A program made the position numbers and the translations under genes. This document shows, piece after piece, positions 46,591 to 57,420 of a DNA stretch of 64,000 nucleotides. The DNA is from Candidatus Omnitrophota bacterium (GTDB taxonomy: Bacteria > Omnitrophota > Gorgyraeia > Pluralincolimonadales > Pluralincolimonadaceae). Below the pieces are notes generated by a model, which was not told the origin of the DNA, searched no databases, and saw only the letters and a program-made list of their open reading frames with translations. Positions within the stretch are counted from its first letter, which is position 1, and each line of letters starts with the position of its first letter. The stretch covers positions 14,558 to 78,557 of the forward strand of contig PLNR01000006.1 of NCBI GenBank assembly GCA_003141835.1, read 5' to 3'.

Positions 46591-47282
46591 CTAGTCACCT
46601 CCTCCATTCGCTCCATAAGCAACTCTTCGGCTAAACGATCCTCTTTATCGGTGATCTGACCTTCAAGGAACCTAGCCTGCAATTGCTTGGAGAGGCAGTT
46701 TACGAATATACTTAAGGCATTATTATACGACCATTTACGCCATACGTCAAGTGGCAAACTGACCTCTCCCTGGTGCAGCACGACCCCGAACTTGCGCCTT
46801 TGGGCCGCGCCGGCTATCTTCTTCCCGCGCGAGACCACATCCGACCTCACGGGCAGGGCAAAACACGACCCGAACGCCTTAGAAGGGACGGAGGCCGGGG
46901 CATAGAGCACGGCGTCAAGGCCTAATTCCCTTACCGCGGCGGCCACACCCTCGTGTATATGGCGGTATGACGCGACGGTCCCTTCGGGTATCACGCCTGA
47001 GCGTTCGCCGAAGACCAAAGAATACGTGATCCCGAGCTCATCATGGTATACCGAACCGCCGCCTGTGGGCCGCCTTACGATCGGCACGCTGTTCATAAGG
47101 AACGGGATATCGTCAAGCCGCTGGAATTTGCCGATAGATACGCACGGGTATGTCCAGCGGTATACTCTCAGGGTGGGATCAGACGGCTCTTCGGCCATTC
47201 GCTGCATTATCGCCTCGTCGAGGGCCATGTTGGCAGCCGGCTCGCGGGCAGCGTCAATTATCAGGCGCCAGGTTTTTTCCAT
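46587..47282 (-). CDS. Lipoate-protein ligase / octanoyltransferase (LplA/LipM-type BPL domain)
   Basis: [21 protein letters not shown]...[24 protein letters not shown] with the catalytic Lys in KKIAG. Adjacent to gcv genes. Confidence 0.7.
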   Translation of the reverse strand: MEKTWRLIIDAAREPAANMALDEAIMQRMAEEPSDPTLRVYRWTYPCVSIGKFQRLDDIPFLMNSVPIVRRPTGGGSVYHDELGITYSLVFGERSGVIPEGTVASYRHIHEGVAAAVRELGLDAVLYAPASVPSKAFGSCFALPVRSDVVSRGKKIAGAAQRRKFGVVLHQGEVSLPLDVWRKWSYNNALSIFVNCLSKQLQARFLEGQITDKEDRLAEELLMERMEEVTR

Positions 47283-48715
47283 CTTAAGTTAAGCTCCCTT
47301 GCGGCGAGGACTTCATCAAGCCTGCGTACGGGGGTTATATGCGGCGCGCCGGTTAATAATAAAGGGTCTGATCTCGCTTCCGCGGCTATCTTTATCATCG
47401 TTTCAGCGAAGGCGTCGAGCGTCTCTTTCGACTCGGTCTCGGTCGGTTCTATCATTATCGCCTCCTCAACGATGAGCGGGAAATATACCGTCGGGGCGTA
47501 ATATCCGTAATCCAGCAGCCGCTTCGCGATATCGAGCGTCTTTACGCCGAACTCCTTCTTATCCTTCCCGGTGAGGACGAACTCATGCATGCACGGCTCG
47601 CCGTCTACGGCCAGCATATAATCTTTTTTGAGCTTCGCCTTCAGGTAATTCGCGTTAAGCACTGCCTCGAGCGTCGCGTCCTTGAGGCCGTCTGCGCCGA
47701 GAGATCTCATATAGCAATATGCCTTTATTATCACGCCCGTATTACCGTAAAAGGCGCGGACCCTGCCTATCGACTTTTTCGCGTCATAATCGAAGGAGAG
47801 CTTGTTCCTCTTTTGCTTTATCCTGGGGATGGGAAGGAAATCCGCGAGGATCGCCTTGACCCCGACCGGTCCCGCTCCCGGCCCGCCGCCGCCGTGCGGA
47901 GTCGAGAAGGTCTTGTGGAGGTTGACGTGGCATACGTCGAATCCCATGTCTCCGGGCCTGGCCACTCCGAGGAGCGCGTTCAAGTTCGCCCCATCCAGGT
48001 ATAATAACGCTCCTGCCTTATGGACTATATCTGCTATCTCTTTGACGTTCTTCTCGAATAGCCCGAGCGTGTTAGGATTTGTAAGCATCAGGACCGCGAC
48101 TTCTTCGCTCATTACGCTCTTGAGCGCTTCAAGATCGATGCGGCCGGCTTTATCGGACTTTACGGTTACGACCTCATATCCGCAGAGAGCGGCGCTCGCC
48201 GGGTTCGTGCCGTGCGCCGAGTCGGGTATTATGACTTTTTTGCGCGCGTTGCCTTTTGATGTATGATACGCGCGCACGATAAGCATGCCGGTAAGTTCGC
48301 CGTGCGCCCCGGCAGCGGGCTGGAGCGTGAACGCGTCCATCCCGCAGATCTTGCAGAGGGCCTGTTCCGTTTCATAAAGCACCTCGAGCATCCCCTGCAC
48401 GCTCGTCTCGGGCTGGTAAGGATGGAGCCCTGTAAATTGCGGCAGGCTCGCCATCTTCTCGTTTATCTTCGGGTTATATTTCATCGTGCATGAGCCGAGC
48501 GGATAGAAATTCGTATCTATGGAATAGTTCAGCTGGGAGAGGCGCGTAAAATGCCGCACGCAGTCGAGCTCGCTTACCTCGGGAAGGTCAGGCCCGTCCT
48601 TGCGCAGGCATTCCTGCGGGATGAGCGACTTTATATCGGCATCCGGGACATCGAGCTTTGGGAGCGAATAACCCTTCCTCCCCGGGCTGCTTATCTCAAA
48701 GATAAGTTTTTCCAT
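47261..48715 (-). CDS. gcvPB: Glycine dehydrogenase (decarboxylating) subunit 2
   Basis: PLP-dependent P-protein C-terminal half. [19 protein letters not shown] motif. Confidence 0.9.
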   Translation of the reverse strand: MEKLIFEISSPGRKGYSLPKLDVPDADIKSLIPQECLRKDGPDLPEVSELDCVRHFTRLSQLNYSIDTNFYPLGSCTMKYNPKINEKMASLPQFTGLHPYQPETSVQGMLEVLYETEQALCKICGMDAFTLQPAAGAHGELTGMLIVRAYHTSKGNARKKVIIPDSAHGTNPASAALCGYEVVTVKSDKAGRIDLEALKSVMSEEVAVLMLTNPNTLGLFEKNVKEIADIVHKAGALLYLDGANLNALLGVARPGDMGFDVCHVNLHKTFSTPHGGGGPGAGPVGVKAILADFLPIPRIKQKRNKLSFDYDAKKSIGRVRAFYGNTGVIIKAYCYMRSLGADGLKDATLEAVLNANYLKAKLKKDYMLAVDGEPCMHEFVLTGKDKKEFGVKTLDIAKRLLDYGYYAPTVYFPLIVEEAIMIEPTETESKETLDAFAETMIKIAAEARSDPLLLTGAPHITPVRRLDEVLAARELNLRWKKPGA

Positions 48716-50049
48716 CAGTGTTTCCCCAGGAGTTCGGCGAACCTGTCGAGGTCATCCTTCGACTTCGTCTCGGTGACGCAGATCAGCATGCAATTCTTCA
48801 TATCGGCGCGGAACCTGCCGAGCGGCAGGCCGCCTATCATGCCATGCTTGAGGAGGTCGCCGGTTATCTTATCCGTCTCTTTCCCGCACCTGACAACGAA
48901 TTCGTTGAAGAACGGCGCCTCGAACATCAGCTCGAACCCGCTCAATTTAAGTATCTTATCTTTAAGGTAATGGCTCTTTAAGACGTTCTGCCGCGCGACT
49001 TCCTTCATTCCTTCCTTCCCTAACAGCGAAAGATGGACGCACGCGGCCAGGGCCATGAGCCCTTCGTTGCTGCAAATATTGGACGTCGCCTTCTCCCTGC
49101 GGATATGCTGTTCGCGCGCCTGCATCGTCAGGACGAAACCGCGCTTTCCTTCGATATCTTTCGTCATACCGGCGACCCTGCCCGGCATCTTGCGCATATG
49201 TTTTTCTTTTACCGCGAAGAAACCGAGGTACGGCCCGCCGAAACTAAGAGGTATCCCGAGCGGCTGGCCTTCGCCGACCGCGATATCGGCGTTATACCCG
49301 CCCGGAGCTTTTAATATTCCGAGCGATACCGGATTTACGCAGGCGATCAGGAGCGCGCCGCAGGAATGGCAGATGGCTTCGATCTTGTCGGCTTTTTCGA
49401 TGCAGCCGAAGAAATTCGGGTTTTGGACTATTACGCAAGCCGTGGAATCGTTGGCTTCTCTTTTAAGCGCTGCCTCATCAAAGAGCCCGCCGGCATGCGG
49501 TATCTCTACGAATTCTATCTTATATCCTTCGAAATAAGTCTTCATTACCTGCCTGTACTCGGGATGCAGGGAGCTCGAGAATATCACGCGGTTCCTCCCT
49601 GTCTCCCTTACGGCAAGCATCACCGCTTCGGCCAGGGCTGAGGCGCCGTCGTACATTGAGGCGTTGGCGACGTCCATGCCGGTCAATTCGCAGATGAGGC
49701 TCTGGTATTCGTATATCGCCTGGAGCGTACCCTGGCTCGCCTCGGCCTGGTACGGCGTGTATGCGGTAAGGAATTCTCCCCTCGAGATCAACGATTCGAC
49801 GGCCTGCGGGATATAATGCTCATATGCGCCGCCGCCGAGGAAGGAATCGAGCTTCTGGGTGGAATAATTCTTCCCGGTCTTTTCAAATATAAGTTTTTTC
49901 AGCTCGAGTTCAGAGATGCCTTCGGGAAGGTCAAGTTTCTGCAGGCGGAATTCCTTGGGGATGGCGCCGAAAAGATCTTCCGGCGATGCCGCGCCTATGG
50001 CGGCGAGCATCTCTTTTTTGTCTTTATCGGTATGCGGGGAATACTTCAA
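48715..50049 (-). CDS. gcvPA: Glycine dehydrogenase (decarboxylating) subunit 1
   Basis: P-protein N-terminal half ([22 protein letters not shown]...). Confidence 0.9.
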   Translation of the reverse strand: MKYSPHTDKDKKEMLAAIGAASPEDLFGAIPKEFRLQKLDLPEGISELELKKLIFEKTGKNYSTQKLDSFLGGGAYEHYIPQAVESLISRGEFLTAYTPYQAEASQGTLQAIYEYQSLICELTGMDVANASMYDGASALAEAVMLAVRETGRNRVIFSSSLHPEYRQVMKTYFEGYKIEFVEIPHAGGLFDEAALKREANDSTACVIVQNPNFFGCIEKADKIEAICHSCGALLIACVNPVSLGILKAPGGYNADIAVGEGQPLGIPLSFGGPYLGFFAVKEKHMRKMPGRVAGMTKDIEGKRGFVLTMQAREQHIRREKATSNICSNEGLMALAACVHLSLLGKEGMKEVARQNVLKSHYLKDKILKLSGFELMFEAPFFNEFVVRCGKETDKITGDLLKHGMIGGLPLGRFRADMKNCMLICVTETKSKDDLDRFAELLGKH

Positions 50050-50050
50050 A

Positions 50051-50440
50051 TCAATGCGCTCCGGTCTTTATGAATTCGAGGTAATCCTTCTCTGTCATAA
50101 GTGAATCTATCTCGGACTTGTCCTTTATCTCTATCGCGAAGAACCAGCCCTCTTCGTAGGGCGACTTATTGACCAGCGACGGGTCCTTCTCCACGGCGCC
50201 GTTCGCCTTTACGACCTTCCCGGATACCGGGGCATATATCGAAAAGGCGGCCTTTACCGATTCCACTACCGCGGCCTCTCCTGCCTTCTCCACCTCTTTA
50301 CCTATCTTGGGAAGTTCGACGAATACGACATCGGTTATCTCTTTCTGGGCGTGGTCTGTGATGCCTACGTAGCCGGTGCTGCCCTCGACCCTAAGCCATT
50401 CATGCGTCTTTGTAAAACGCAGTTTCTCCAGATCGATCAT
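50051..50440 (-). CDS. gcvH: Glycine cleavage system H protein
   Basis: Lipoyl-lysine motif ESVKAAFSIYAPVSG. YTKTHEW N-terminus. Confidence 0.9.
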   Translation of the reverse strand: MIDLEKLRFTKTHEWLRVEGSTGYVGITDHAQKEITDVVFVELPKIGKEVEKAGEAAVVESVKAAFSIYAPVSGKVVKANGAVEKDPSLVNKSPYEEGWFFAIEIKDKSEIDSLMTEKDYLEFIKTGAH

Positions 50441-51534
50441 TTTTTCCTCCTATAAAATGGCGTATCCACAACTACGGCCCTCTTCTTTTCGCCGTGGATT
50501 ATCACATCGAATGTCCCGCCTGTTTTCGAATTTTCCGGCGCGACATACGCAAAACCTATATTTTCTTTCAGGGTCGGCGAATAAGTACCGCTCGTAACGA
50601 TACCAGCATTCTTCCCGCTCTTTTCTATGATATATCCGGTGCGCGGGATCGCCCTGTCGAGCATCTTAAATCCCACCAGTACCTCTTTTATCCCCTTCGC
50701 CTTCCTCTCGAGTATCGCTTTTTTGCCGATGAAATCTTTGCTGAGGTCTAGCGTCTTCTCCAGCCCCGACTCCAATGGTGTTTTTGATTCATCCGTATCA
50801 ACACCATAAAGCGGGCATCCCGCCTCGAGCCTCAAAGTATCCCTCGCGCCCAGTCCTGCCGGGATGAGGCCGTATCCTTTTCCGGCCGCCAGGATATCGT
50901 TCCAGACCTTTATGCTCTTGCCTGCCGGTATGAACATCTCGAACCCGTCCTCGCCTGTGTATCCGCTCCTCGAGAGGAGCGCGTAAGAACCGTCGACTTC
51001 CGTCTCGACAAAATGGCGGTGCTTGAGTTGGTCTATGTAGGCTTTACAAAAGTGAGACAATATCTGCTGCGAGGCCGGCCCTTGTATGGCTATCCCGCCG
51101 AGCGAATCGTTTATATCTTTTATATCGGCCCCTTCCGCGTTATGGGACCGCATCCATGCAAAGTCCTTTTCAAAAGTGGAGGCATTCACTATAAGGATGT
51201 ACCTGTCGCCACCTGCGTAATATATGAAAGCGTCGTCGAGCGTTCCGCCGTTATCGTTGCATAACGGGGAATAGACTATGCCTCCCGGGGCGGCCTTCTC
51301 TATGTTATTGGTGAAGATCTTCTGCAGGAATTGCTTAGCGGATCTTCCGGAGACCTCAAGCTTCCCGAGGTGGGAGATATCGAAGAGTCCGGCTTTTGTG
51401 CGGGTCGCGTTATGCTCCTCGATAATGCCGGTATACTGGATGGGTAAAAGCCAGCCGTGGAATGAAACGACCTTCGCATTAAGACCCTTGTGCGCCTCGT
51501 AGAGGGGGGTCTTCCTGTCTTCAGTGGAAGTCAT
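50437..51534 (-). CDS. gcvT: Aminomethyltransferase (glycine cleavage T protein)
   Basis: TPLYEAHKGLNAKVVSFHGWLLPIQY...FDISHLGKLEVSG. Confidence 0.9.
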   Translation of the reverse strand: MTSTEDRKTPLYEAHKGLNAKVVSFHGWLLPIQYTGIIEEHNATRTKAGLFDISHLGKLEVSGRSAKQFLQKIFTNNIEKAAPGGIVYSPLCNDNGGTLDDAFIYYAGGDRYILIVNASTFEKDFAWMRSHNAEGADIKDINDSLGGIAIQGPASQQILSHFCKAYIDQLKHRHFVETEVDGSYALLSRSGYTGEDGFEMFIPAGKSIKVWNDILAAGKGYGLIPAGLGARDTLRLEAGCPLYGVDTDESKTPLESGLEKTLDLSKDFIGKKAILERKAKGIKEVLVGFKMLDRAIPRTGYIIEKSGKNAGIVTSGTYSPTLKENIGFAYVAPENSKTGGTFDVIIHGEKKRAVVVDTPFYRRKK

Positions 51535-51537
51535 CTA

Positions 51538-53652
51538 TTATTTTTCTAGTTCTATGCTTATTCTCGCGTCGATGGCGATCGAGCCGCCGTCCCCGTCGGC
51601 CGGGAAGACCTTAAGCGGATTTATATCGAGTTCCTTTATCATCGGGAAATCCGTGACCAGCTGCGAAAGCCTGAGCAGCCCTTCTTTTATCGAATCTATA
51701 TCCGCGGGTTTCTCGCCGCGTGCGCCTTTAAGGAGCGCGACCGATTTGATCGAATCCACCATCTCAGCAGCCTCGCGCGGTAGTATCGGGGCGATCTTGA
51801 AGCTGACGTCCTTAAGCACCTCGACATAGATCCCTCCGAGCCCGAACATCAGCATCGGGCCGAATTGCGCGTCTTTCGACATGCCCAGTATGACCTCTTT
51901 CCCGCCCGAGACCATCTCCTGGACGAGGACGCCGAGGATATTCGCGTTCGGCACGGCAGCCTTGGACTTCCTCATTATCTCGTCAAACGCCGCCTCGACT
52001 TCATTGGCATCCTTGAGCCCGACCTTTACGCCACCCACGTCGGATTTATGCAATATGTCGGGCGAAGCGATCTTCATGACGACCGGATAACCCGTCTTCT
52101 CTGCCGCAGCCTTAGCCTCAGCCGCGCTCTTTGCGAGGGTGCTCTTCGGCAGCCTGAAGCCGTAGCTTTCTATGATATCGCGCGCCGTATATTCGGGTAT
52201 CTCTTTCTGCCCTGACTTGGCCGCCGCGTCGAGGATCTTCTTTACCTTATCCTTGTCGACCTTAAAGGTCTTTATCTCTTCCCTGGGAAGGTCAAGCATT
52301 CTCTTGTATTTGACCATTATATTGAATGACGCGATGGCGCGTTCCGGGAAGAGGAAATTCGGTATTTTATTATCCTGCAGGATATTCGTCCCTTTCTCCA
52401 CCATCCTCCCGCCGATAAAACTCGAGAATATGGGTTTGCTGTCCTTGGCTGCGACGAGGACGTCTGCGGTCTCCTTTATCTTACTGTTGCTCTGCGGGGT
52501 CAATATGACTATGAGGCCGTTGACGTTCGGGTCCTTGAGCAGCGCGCTTACCGCGATCTTGTACCTTTGGTCGTCGGCGTCACCTATGACGTCGACGGGA
52601 TTATTCAATGCAGCCGTCTTGGGAAGCGCCCCTCTCAGGTAGTCGACCGTCTCTTTGCTAAGCGGCGCGACTTTCGCGAACTGCGAACGCTCGACCGCAT
52701 CGACCGCGATTATCCCCGGGCCGCCGGCGTTAGTTATTATCGCGAGGTTCGGGCCCTGCGGAAGTTTCTGGTACGAGAATGCGACCGCGTAGTCGAAAAG
52801 ATCCTCTATTTTGGCTGCGCGTATTATCCCGGTCTGGGCGAACGCCGCGTCGAATGCCGCTTCCGAACCGGCAAGGCTGCCGGTATGGCTTGAAGCCGCT
52901 TTGGCCCCGGCTTTGGAACCGCCGGCCTTGCAGATTATCACGGGCTTTTTAGCCGTGACTTCCCTGGCTACGCGCATGAATTCCTTGCCGTCCTTGACGT
53001 CCTCGATATAGCCAAGAATGACCTTGGTGTCGGGATCCTCGCCGAGCGCTTTCAGCAGGTCCGTCTCCGATATATCCGCTTTATTTCCTATGCTTATGAA
53101 TTTCGAGAAACCTATCTTCTCCTTGACCGCCCAATCGAGGATAGCGGTGCAGAGCGCGCCTGACTGGGAGAAGAAAGCTATGTCGCCGGGAAGCGGCGAA
53201 ATGGCGGCAAAGGAAGCATTGAGGCGGGCTGTGGAACTTATAAATCCGAGGCAGTTGGGGCCGAGCACCCGTACGCCGTGCTCTTTCGCCACCGCCGCCA
53301 ATTCCAACTCAAGCTTCTTCCCTTCCGGGCCCGTCTCTTTGAAACCGGCTGTTATTACTATCGCGGCCTTGATGCCCTTCTTTCCGCATTCCTTCATGAC
53401 TTCGATCACGCCCGCTGCCGGGATCGCGAATACGGCAAGGTCTATATCCTCTTTTACGTCGAGGACCGAGGGATAGCACTTCTCCCCCATGACCTCTGTG
53501 TCCTTGGGGTTTATGGGGTATACCTTCCCTTTATATCCGTATTCCTTGAGGTTGAAAAGTACGTCGTGGCCGATCTTGCCTTTTTTGGGGGATGCGCCGA
53601 TTACGGCGATAGAACGGGGGTTAAAAAGCCTTTCCAGACCATTTGAGCTCAT
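51538..53652 (-). CDS. ADP-forming acetyl-CoA synthetase (fused alpha/beta NDP-forming acyl-CoA synthetase). The start is set at the internal Met, preceded by an AAGGA RBS.
   Basis: LFNPRSIAVIGASPKKGKIGHDVLFNL CoA-binding domain. Succinyl-CoA-synthetase-like alpha domain. C-terminal ATP-grasp beta domain. Confidence 0.8.
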   Translation of the reverse strand: MSSNGLERLFNPRSIAVIGASPKKGKIGHDVLFNLKEYGYKGKVYPINPKDTEVMGEKCYPSVLDVKEDIDLAVFAIPAAGVIEVMKECGKKGIKAAIVITAGFKETGPEGKKLELELAAVAKEHGVRVLGPNCLGFISSTARLNASFAAISPLPGDIAFFSQSGALCTAILDWAVKEKIGFSKFISIGNKADISETDLLKALGEDPDTKVILGYIEDVKDGKEFMRVAREVTAKKPVIICKAGGSKAGAKAASSHTGSLAGSEAAFDAAFAQTGIIRAAKIEDLFDYAVAFSYQKLPQGPNLAIITNAGGPGIIAVDAVERSQFAKVAPLSKETVDYLRGALPKTAALNNPVDVIGDADDQRYKIAVSALLKDPNVNGLIVILTPQSNSKIKETADVLVAAKDSKPIFSSFIGGRMVEKGTNILQDNKIPNFLFPERAIASFNIMVKYKRMLDLPREEIKTFKVDKDKVKKILDAAAKSGQKEIPEYTARDIIESYGFRLPKSTLAKSAAEAKAAAEKTGYPVVMKIASPDILHKSDVGGVKVGLKDANEVEAAFDEIMRKSKAAVPNANILGVLVQEMVSGGKEVILGMSKDAQFGPMLMFGLGGIYVEVLKDVSFKIAPILPREAAEMVDSIKSVALLKGARGEKPADIDSIKEGLLRLSQLVTDFPMIKELDINPLKVFPADGDGGSIAIDARISIELEK

Positions 53653-53736
53653 TTCATATTCCTTAGATTTTTTGGGTTGTAAGTTGTGGGATAGGAGTAT
53701 TTTATTAGGAAGGGGCCAAAAAGTCAACGAAAATTT

Positions 53737-53817
53737 GCCAAATCCTAGGGATCGCACGCGATCTCTAGGACCCCAGATCCTTGAAATCGCATAGCGATTT
53801 CAAGGAAGCCAAATCCT
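53737..53817. promoter_or_regulatory. Two adjacent palindromes bracketed by a 10-bp direct repeat, in the intergenic region between the response regulator and the ACD gene
   Basis: Direct repeats gccaaatcct at 53737-46 and 53808-17. Palindrome ctagggatcgcacgcgatctctag (53745-68). Perfect hairpin ccttgaaatcgc-ata-gcgatttcaagg (53779-805). Confidence 0.4.
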
Positions 53818-53823
53818 CCGCTA

Positions 53824-54189
53824 TTATTTCTGTGGTGCCAGGATCTCCTTTATTATCTGGATTATCTCTTCCTTTTTCACCGGCTTGTTGACGAACTTGT
53901 TAACGCCGGTCTCTATCGCCTTGGCGTATATGTCCCAGTCTCCGAAGGCCGTGACCATGACGACGGGGATGCGCGGGAACTCCTTCTTGGATTTCTCGAG
54001 GAAGACCAGGCCGCTCTCCCCCGGCATCGAAAGGTCGGCGAAGACGATATCGAACTTTTCCTTCTTAAGGGCGGCCAGCCCCTCGGGCGAGTTCAGCGCG
54101 ACCGAGGCATCATGCCCTTCACTTTTCAATATCTTTGAAAAGGCCACGCCAAACTCCACGTCGTCATCGACCAGTAATATCTTCGCCAT
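53824..54189 (-). CDS. Stand-alone response regulator receiver (CheY-like)
   Basis: KILLVDDD...phospho-acceptor DIVFADLSMPG...KxxK; 121 aa, REC domain only. Confidence 0.85.
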   Translation of the reverse strand: MAKILLVDDDVEFGVAFSKILKSEGHDASVALNSPEGLAALKKEKFDIVFADLSMPGESGLVFLEKSKKEFPRIPVVMVTAFGDWDIYAKAIETGVNKFVNKPVKKEEIIQIIKEILAPQK

Positions 54190-54204
54190 TTAAACCCTCC
54201 TTTT

Positions 54205-55410
54205 TCAGGACACGAACGGCAGCCTTATCTTGACCTTGGTGCCTTTATTGACCTTGCTTTCGCAGGATATCCCCCCGCCCGCGGTGATGACCATGTCGCG
54301 CGCTATGTAAAGTCCCAGCCCGGTGCCCACATCCTTTGTCGTGAAGAAAGGCTCGAATATCCTCCTGAGGTTTTCCCTGGATATCCCGATGCCCGTATCC
54401 TCGATGGTGATCTCGATGTCTTTCTTCCCGCCGTTCGTATAGACCCTTATCTGGCCGCCCGTCGGCATCGCCTCGAAGGAATTCCTCATTACGTTCAACA
54501 TGATCTGGCGCAGCTCGCTCTCTTCGATCCTGGCGTCGGGCAGGTTCCCCTCAAGTTCCTTCATGAACGAGATACCTTTGTGCGCCGCCTCTTTTTCCAG
54601 GAATTTCACGAGCGAATCTAGGAGGGCGTTCACGTCGCAGCTCTTGAATCCGGACTTTGACTTCCTCATGAACTTGAGATGTTCCTCGACGACGTCGTTT
54701 ACCTCCTGGACTTCGTTCATGATGGAGCCTATCAGCGTCTCGGCTTCCTTGGTATCGAACCCCCGGCATTTCTTTATCTCATCGCCAAGGAGCTCGGCGC
54801 TGAGGCTGATGGTGCTCAGCGGGTTCCTTACCGCATGCGCTATCTGCGAAGACATCATGCCCACAGCCGCGAGCTGTTCGGCGTTTACAAGCTGGCGGTG
54901 CATCCGCCTCTCCCTTTCCGAAAGATATCCCATCGTGACGGCCAAAAGCAGCAGGAATCCCGCCCGGAGCGAGATATCGGTCCAATGGATCTTCATCAGG
55001 CAGTCCGGACAGGAAAAAATATAGACGCCCGATACGAGGAGGGCTATCCCTATGCTGGCGAAGAGGCCATAATAAAAAGAATGTATGGCGGCAAGGAGGA
55101 AAAATCCCAAAGTGAAGGTCGAATTGAGCCCGCCGGTCATCGGCACGATCACGCTGAGGAAGATAAGGTCGATGATCAGCTCAAGAAAATATATCTTGGG
55201 GGCCATGTCTGCGAACTTGAATACGCAAAGGTACAGCGCGAGGTTGTAAATGAAGTAGATCCCGATGAGGATGAGAAAAAAGAACCTGCCATTGGGAGCC
55301 ATCGGATGGTACATCCCCCAGATCAGCGCGCCGAAGACCGCCAATAACTTGACCAGCGCGAAAACGAAATCCGTCGGGTCTATTTTTAAGCCCAGCCCCT
55401 GTGAATTCAT
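54205..55410 (-). CDS. Membrane-bound sensor histidine kinase
   Basis: Five to six N-terminal TM helices. HisKA H-box SSQIAHAVRNPL. HATPase_c N, G1, G2 boxes (IEDTGIGIS..., GTGLGLYIA). Confidence 0.8.
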   Translation of the reverse strand: MNSQGLGLKIDPTDFVFALVKLLAVFGALIWGMYHPMAPNGRFFFLILIGIYFIYNLALYLCVFKFADMAPKIYFLELIIDLIFLSVIVPMTGGLNSTFTLGFFLLAAIHSFYYGLFASIGIALLVSGVYIFSCPDCLMKIHWTDISLRAGFLLLLAVTMGYLSERERRMHRQLVNAEQLAAVGMMSSQIAHAVRNPLSTISLSAELLGDEIKKCRGFDTKEAETLIGSIMNEVQEVNDVVEEHLKFMRKSKSGFKSCDVNALLDSLVKFLEKEAAHKGISFMKELEGNLPDARIEESELRQIMLNVMRNSFEAMPTGGQIRVYTNGGKKDIEITIEDTGIGISRENLRRIFEPFFTTKDVGTGLGLYIARDMVITAGGGISCESKVNKGTKVKIRLPFVS

Positions 55411-57419
55411 CGCAGCTCTTCCTTATATACCCTCAATATCTCGGCCACGCTCCATGCCTGGGATATGGCTCCCCTTGGGTTGTAAGGCGGGTCCCCGTCG
55501 AAGATCTCCGATATCGTCCCGAGACCCGCGTCCTTTATGTGCCCGGCGAGAGGCGCCAAAAACCTTTTCGCCTCCTGTCTCGTGTTATTATTCCTGCCGT
55601 AAACGTTGAGGTAGGCAACGATAAAATGCCCCAGCAGCCACGGCCAGACCGTGCCCTGGTGATAGCAGGCATCGCGCATGCGCTGGTCGCCGGAATATAC
55701 GCCGCGGTAATTCCTGTCGTTCGGCGACAGGGAGCGCAAACCGTAAGGAGTAAGGAGCTCTTTCCCGATCACATCGATGACCCTCTTCTCCTTCTCTTTC
55801 CCGATCAGCCGGTACGGGAGGCTGAGGGCTAATATCTGGTTGGGGCGCAACGATGCGTCCGGCCCGCCTTCATTGACGCAATCGTAGAGGTAGCCCCCTG
55901 CCTCGTTCCAGAAGACGATCTCAAAGCTCTTCTTCGTGAGATGGGCCAGCCGCGCGCATTCGTGCCGGTATGTGAGGCCTAGCTTCTCGCATATATCTTC
56001 CATTATCTTCAACGCGTTATACCATAACGCGTTGACCTCGACGGCCTTTCCGCTCCTCGGCGTCACCACCCATCCCCCGATCTTCGCATCCATCCAAGTC
56101 AACTGGATATCGGGGTCCTCGGTCGCGATGAGGCCGTCCCTGTCCATCTTTATCCCGAACCGCGTCCCGTTTATGTAGAACTGGATTATCTCCTCGAGGC
56201 AGTCGAGCATGTTCGATTCTACGAAATCGTAATCGTTGGTGTATTCGAGGAATTTGTGGATCGCCCAGAAGAACCACAGGGAGGAATCGACGCTGTTATA
56301 TTCTGGCTCTTTCGCCTTCTCCGGGAACCTGTTCGGTATCATGCCTTCGTCGCAGTATTTCGCGAATGCCAGCAGGATATCCCTCGCCTCATCGTACCTG
56401 CCCAGGGTAAGGGTGAGTCCCGGCAGGGATATCAGGGCATCCCTGCCCCAATCCCAGAACCAGTGGTAGCCGGCGGCTATCGTCGATAACCCGTCAGCCC
56501 GCTTGATAAGGAACGAGTCTGACGCGTTCGCCAGCTGCACGGCGAAATCATCTTTCACGCCTACCGCTGCGGCGATCTCACTGTGGCGCAGGACCTCGCT
56601 CGACTCGAGGACTTCGAGCGAGCGCATCTTGCGGCCCCCGGTCGAGGCGACGACGTACGCCTTATCGCCTTCCTTGAGCAGGAACCCGAGCTCCCCGGGG
56701 CTGTAGAGGTCCTCGTGGTACTCGAGGCCCCTTTCTTTTTCGCGCTGGTACTCGAACGATTTATACCAATACCCTGTCCGTTCGAACCTGTCGGCGTTAT
56801 TGGCCAGGTATATTATCGGGGATTCGCCGTATGGTTTCATTTTGATGTAACCATCGAGGCATTCGACGGACCTGTCGAAGCCGGAATTCTCCATAGATAC
56901 CCAGTGGTAATCGCGCGCCGCGATAAGCGGCTGCAGTACGAGCTCGAGATAACCCGGCGATTTAAGTACTTTATATGTGATCACGGTCGTATTCTCGCCG
57001 TGGACCATGAATACGGCTTTCTCTATCGTCACATCCCCGGCCTTGTAGGTGAATATGGGGAACGGGTCGATCCTGAACTCCTCGAGATATTTGTGGCCTT
57101 CCGGGTGGATTATCCCGCCGGGATAATTATTGCAGGAGAGGTTATACCTGCTCCCGTCCTTTAAGACTACGGTCTCCTCGAGCTTCGACAGCATCACCAT
57201 GCGCGCGAGCGAAGGCCCTGCCGCGGCCACGAGCAGGCCGTGGTAACGGCGGGTGTTCGTCCCGATTATGGTAGACGACGCGTAGCCGCCGAGCCCGTTC
57301 GTCTCGATCCATTCCTTGGATGAGGCGGCCTGGAAATCGCCGCATACTTCCCTGCCGAAACGGATCGTCTCGCCGGTCGAGGTCGATGCGTCCCTGAGCT
57401 CCTCTTTCGTTATCAGCAT
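55407..57419 (-). CDS. Glycogen debranching enzyme (amylo-alpha-1,6-glucosidase, GDE_C family)
   Basis: YHWFWDWGRDALISLPGLTL..., SLWFFWAIHKF..., GTVWPWLLGHF are (alpha/alpha)6-barrel GDE motifs. Confidence 0.75.
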   Translation of the reverse strand: MLITKEELRDASTSTGETIRFGREVCGDFQAASSKEWIETNGLGGYASSTIIGTNTRRYHGLLVAAAGPSLARMVMLSKLEETVVLKDGSRYNLSCNNYPGGIIHPEGHKYLEEFRIDPFPIFTYKAGDVTIEKAVFMVHGENTTVITYKVLKSPGYLELVLQPLIAARDYHWVSMENSGFDRSVECLDGYIKMKPYGESPIIYLANNADRFERTGYWYKSFEYQREKERGLEYHEDLYSPGELGFLLKEGDKAYVVASTGGRKMRSLEVLESSEVLRHSEIAAAVGVKDDFAVQLANASDSFLIKRADGLSTIAAGYHWFWDWGRDALISLPGLTLTLGRYDEARDILLAFAKYCDEGMIPNRFPEKAKEPEYNSVDSSLWFFWAIHKFLEYTNDYDFVESNMLDCLEEIIQFYINGTRFGIKMDRDGLIATEDPDIQLTWMDAKIGGWVVTPRSGKAVEVNALWYNALKIMEDICEKLGLTYRHECARLAHLTKKSFEIVFWNEAGGYLYDCVNEGGPDASLRPNQILALSLPYRLIGKEKEKRVIDVIGKELLTPYGLRSLSPNDRNYRGVYSGDQRMRDACYHQGTVWPWLLGHFIVAYLNVYGRNNNTRQEAKRFLAPLAGHIKDAGLGTISEIFDGDPPYNPRGAISQAWSVAEILRVYKEELR

Positions 57420-57420
57420 A

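Noticed and set aside
51535-51537. Glycine riboswitch upstream of gcvT
   Set aside because: Only 3 nt separate gcvT from the upstream ACD gene stop, so there is no room for a riboswitch. The gcv operon appears read-through or internally promoted.
53653-53757. 35-codon N-terminal extension of the ACD ORF (MRSLGFGKFSLTF...)
   Set aside because: The conserved CoA-binding N-terminus begins at MSSNGLERLF. That Met has an AAGGA RBS 7 nt upstream, while the extension is low-complexity.
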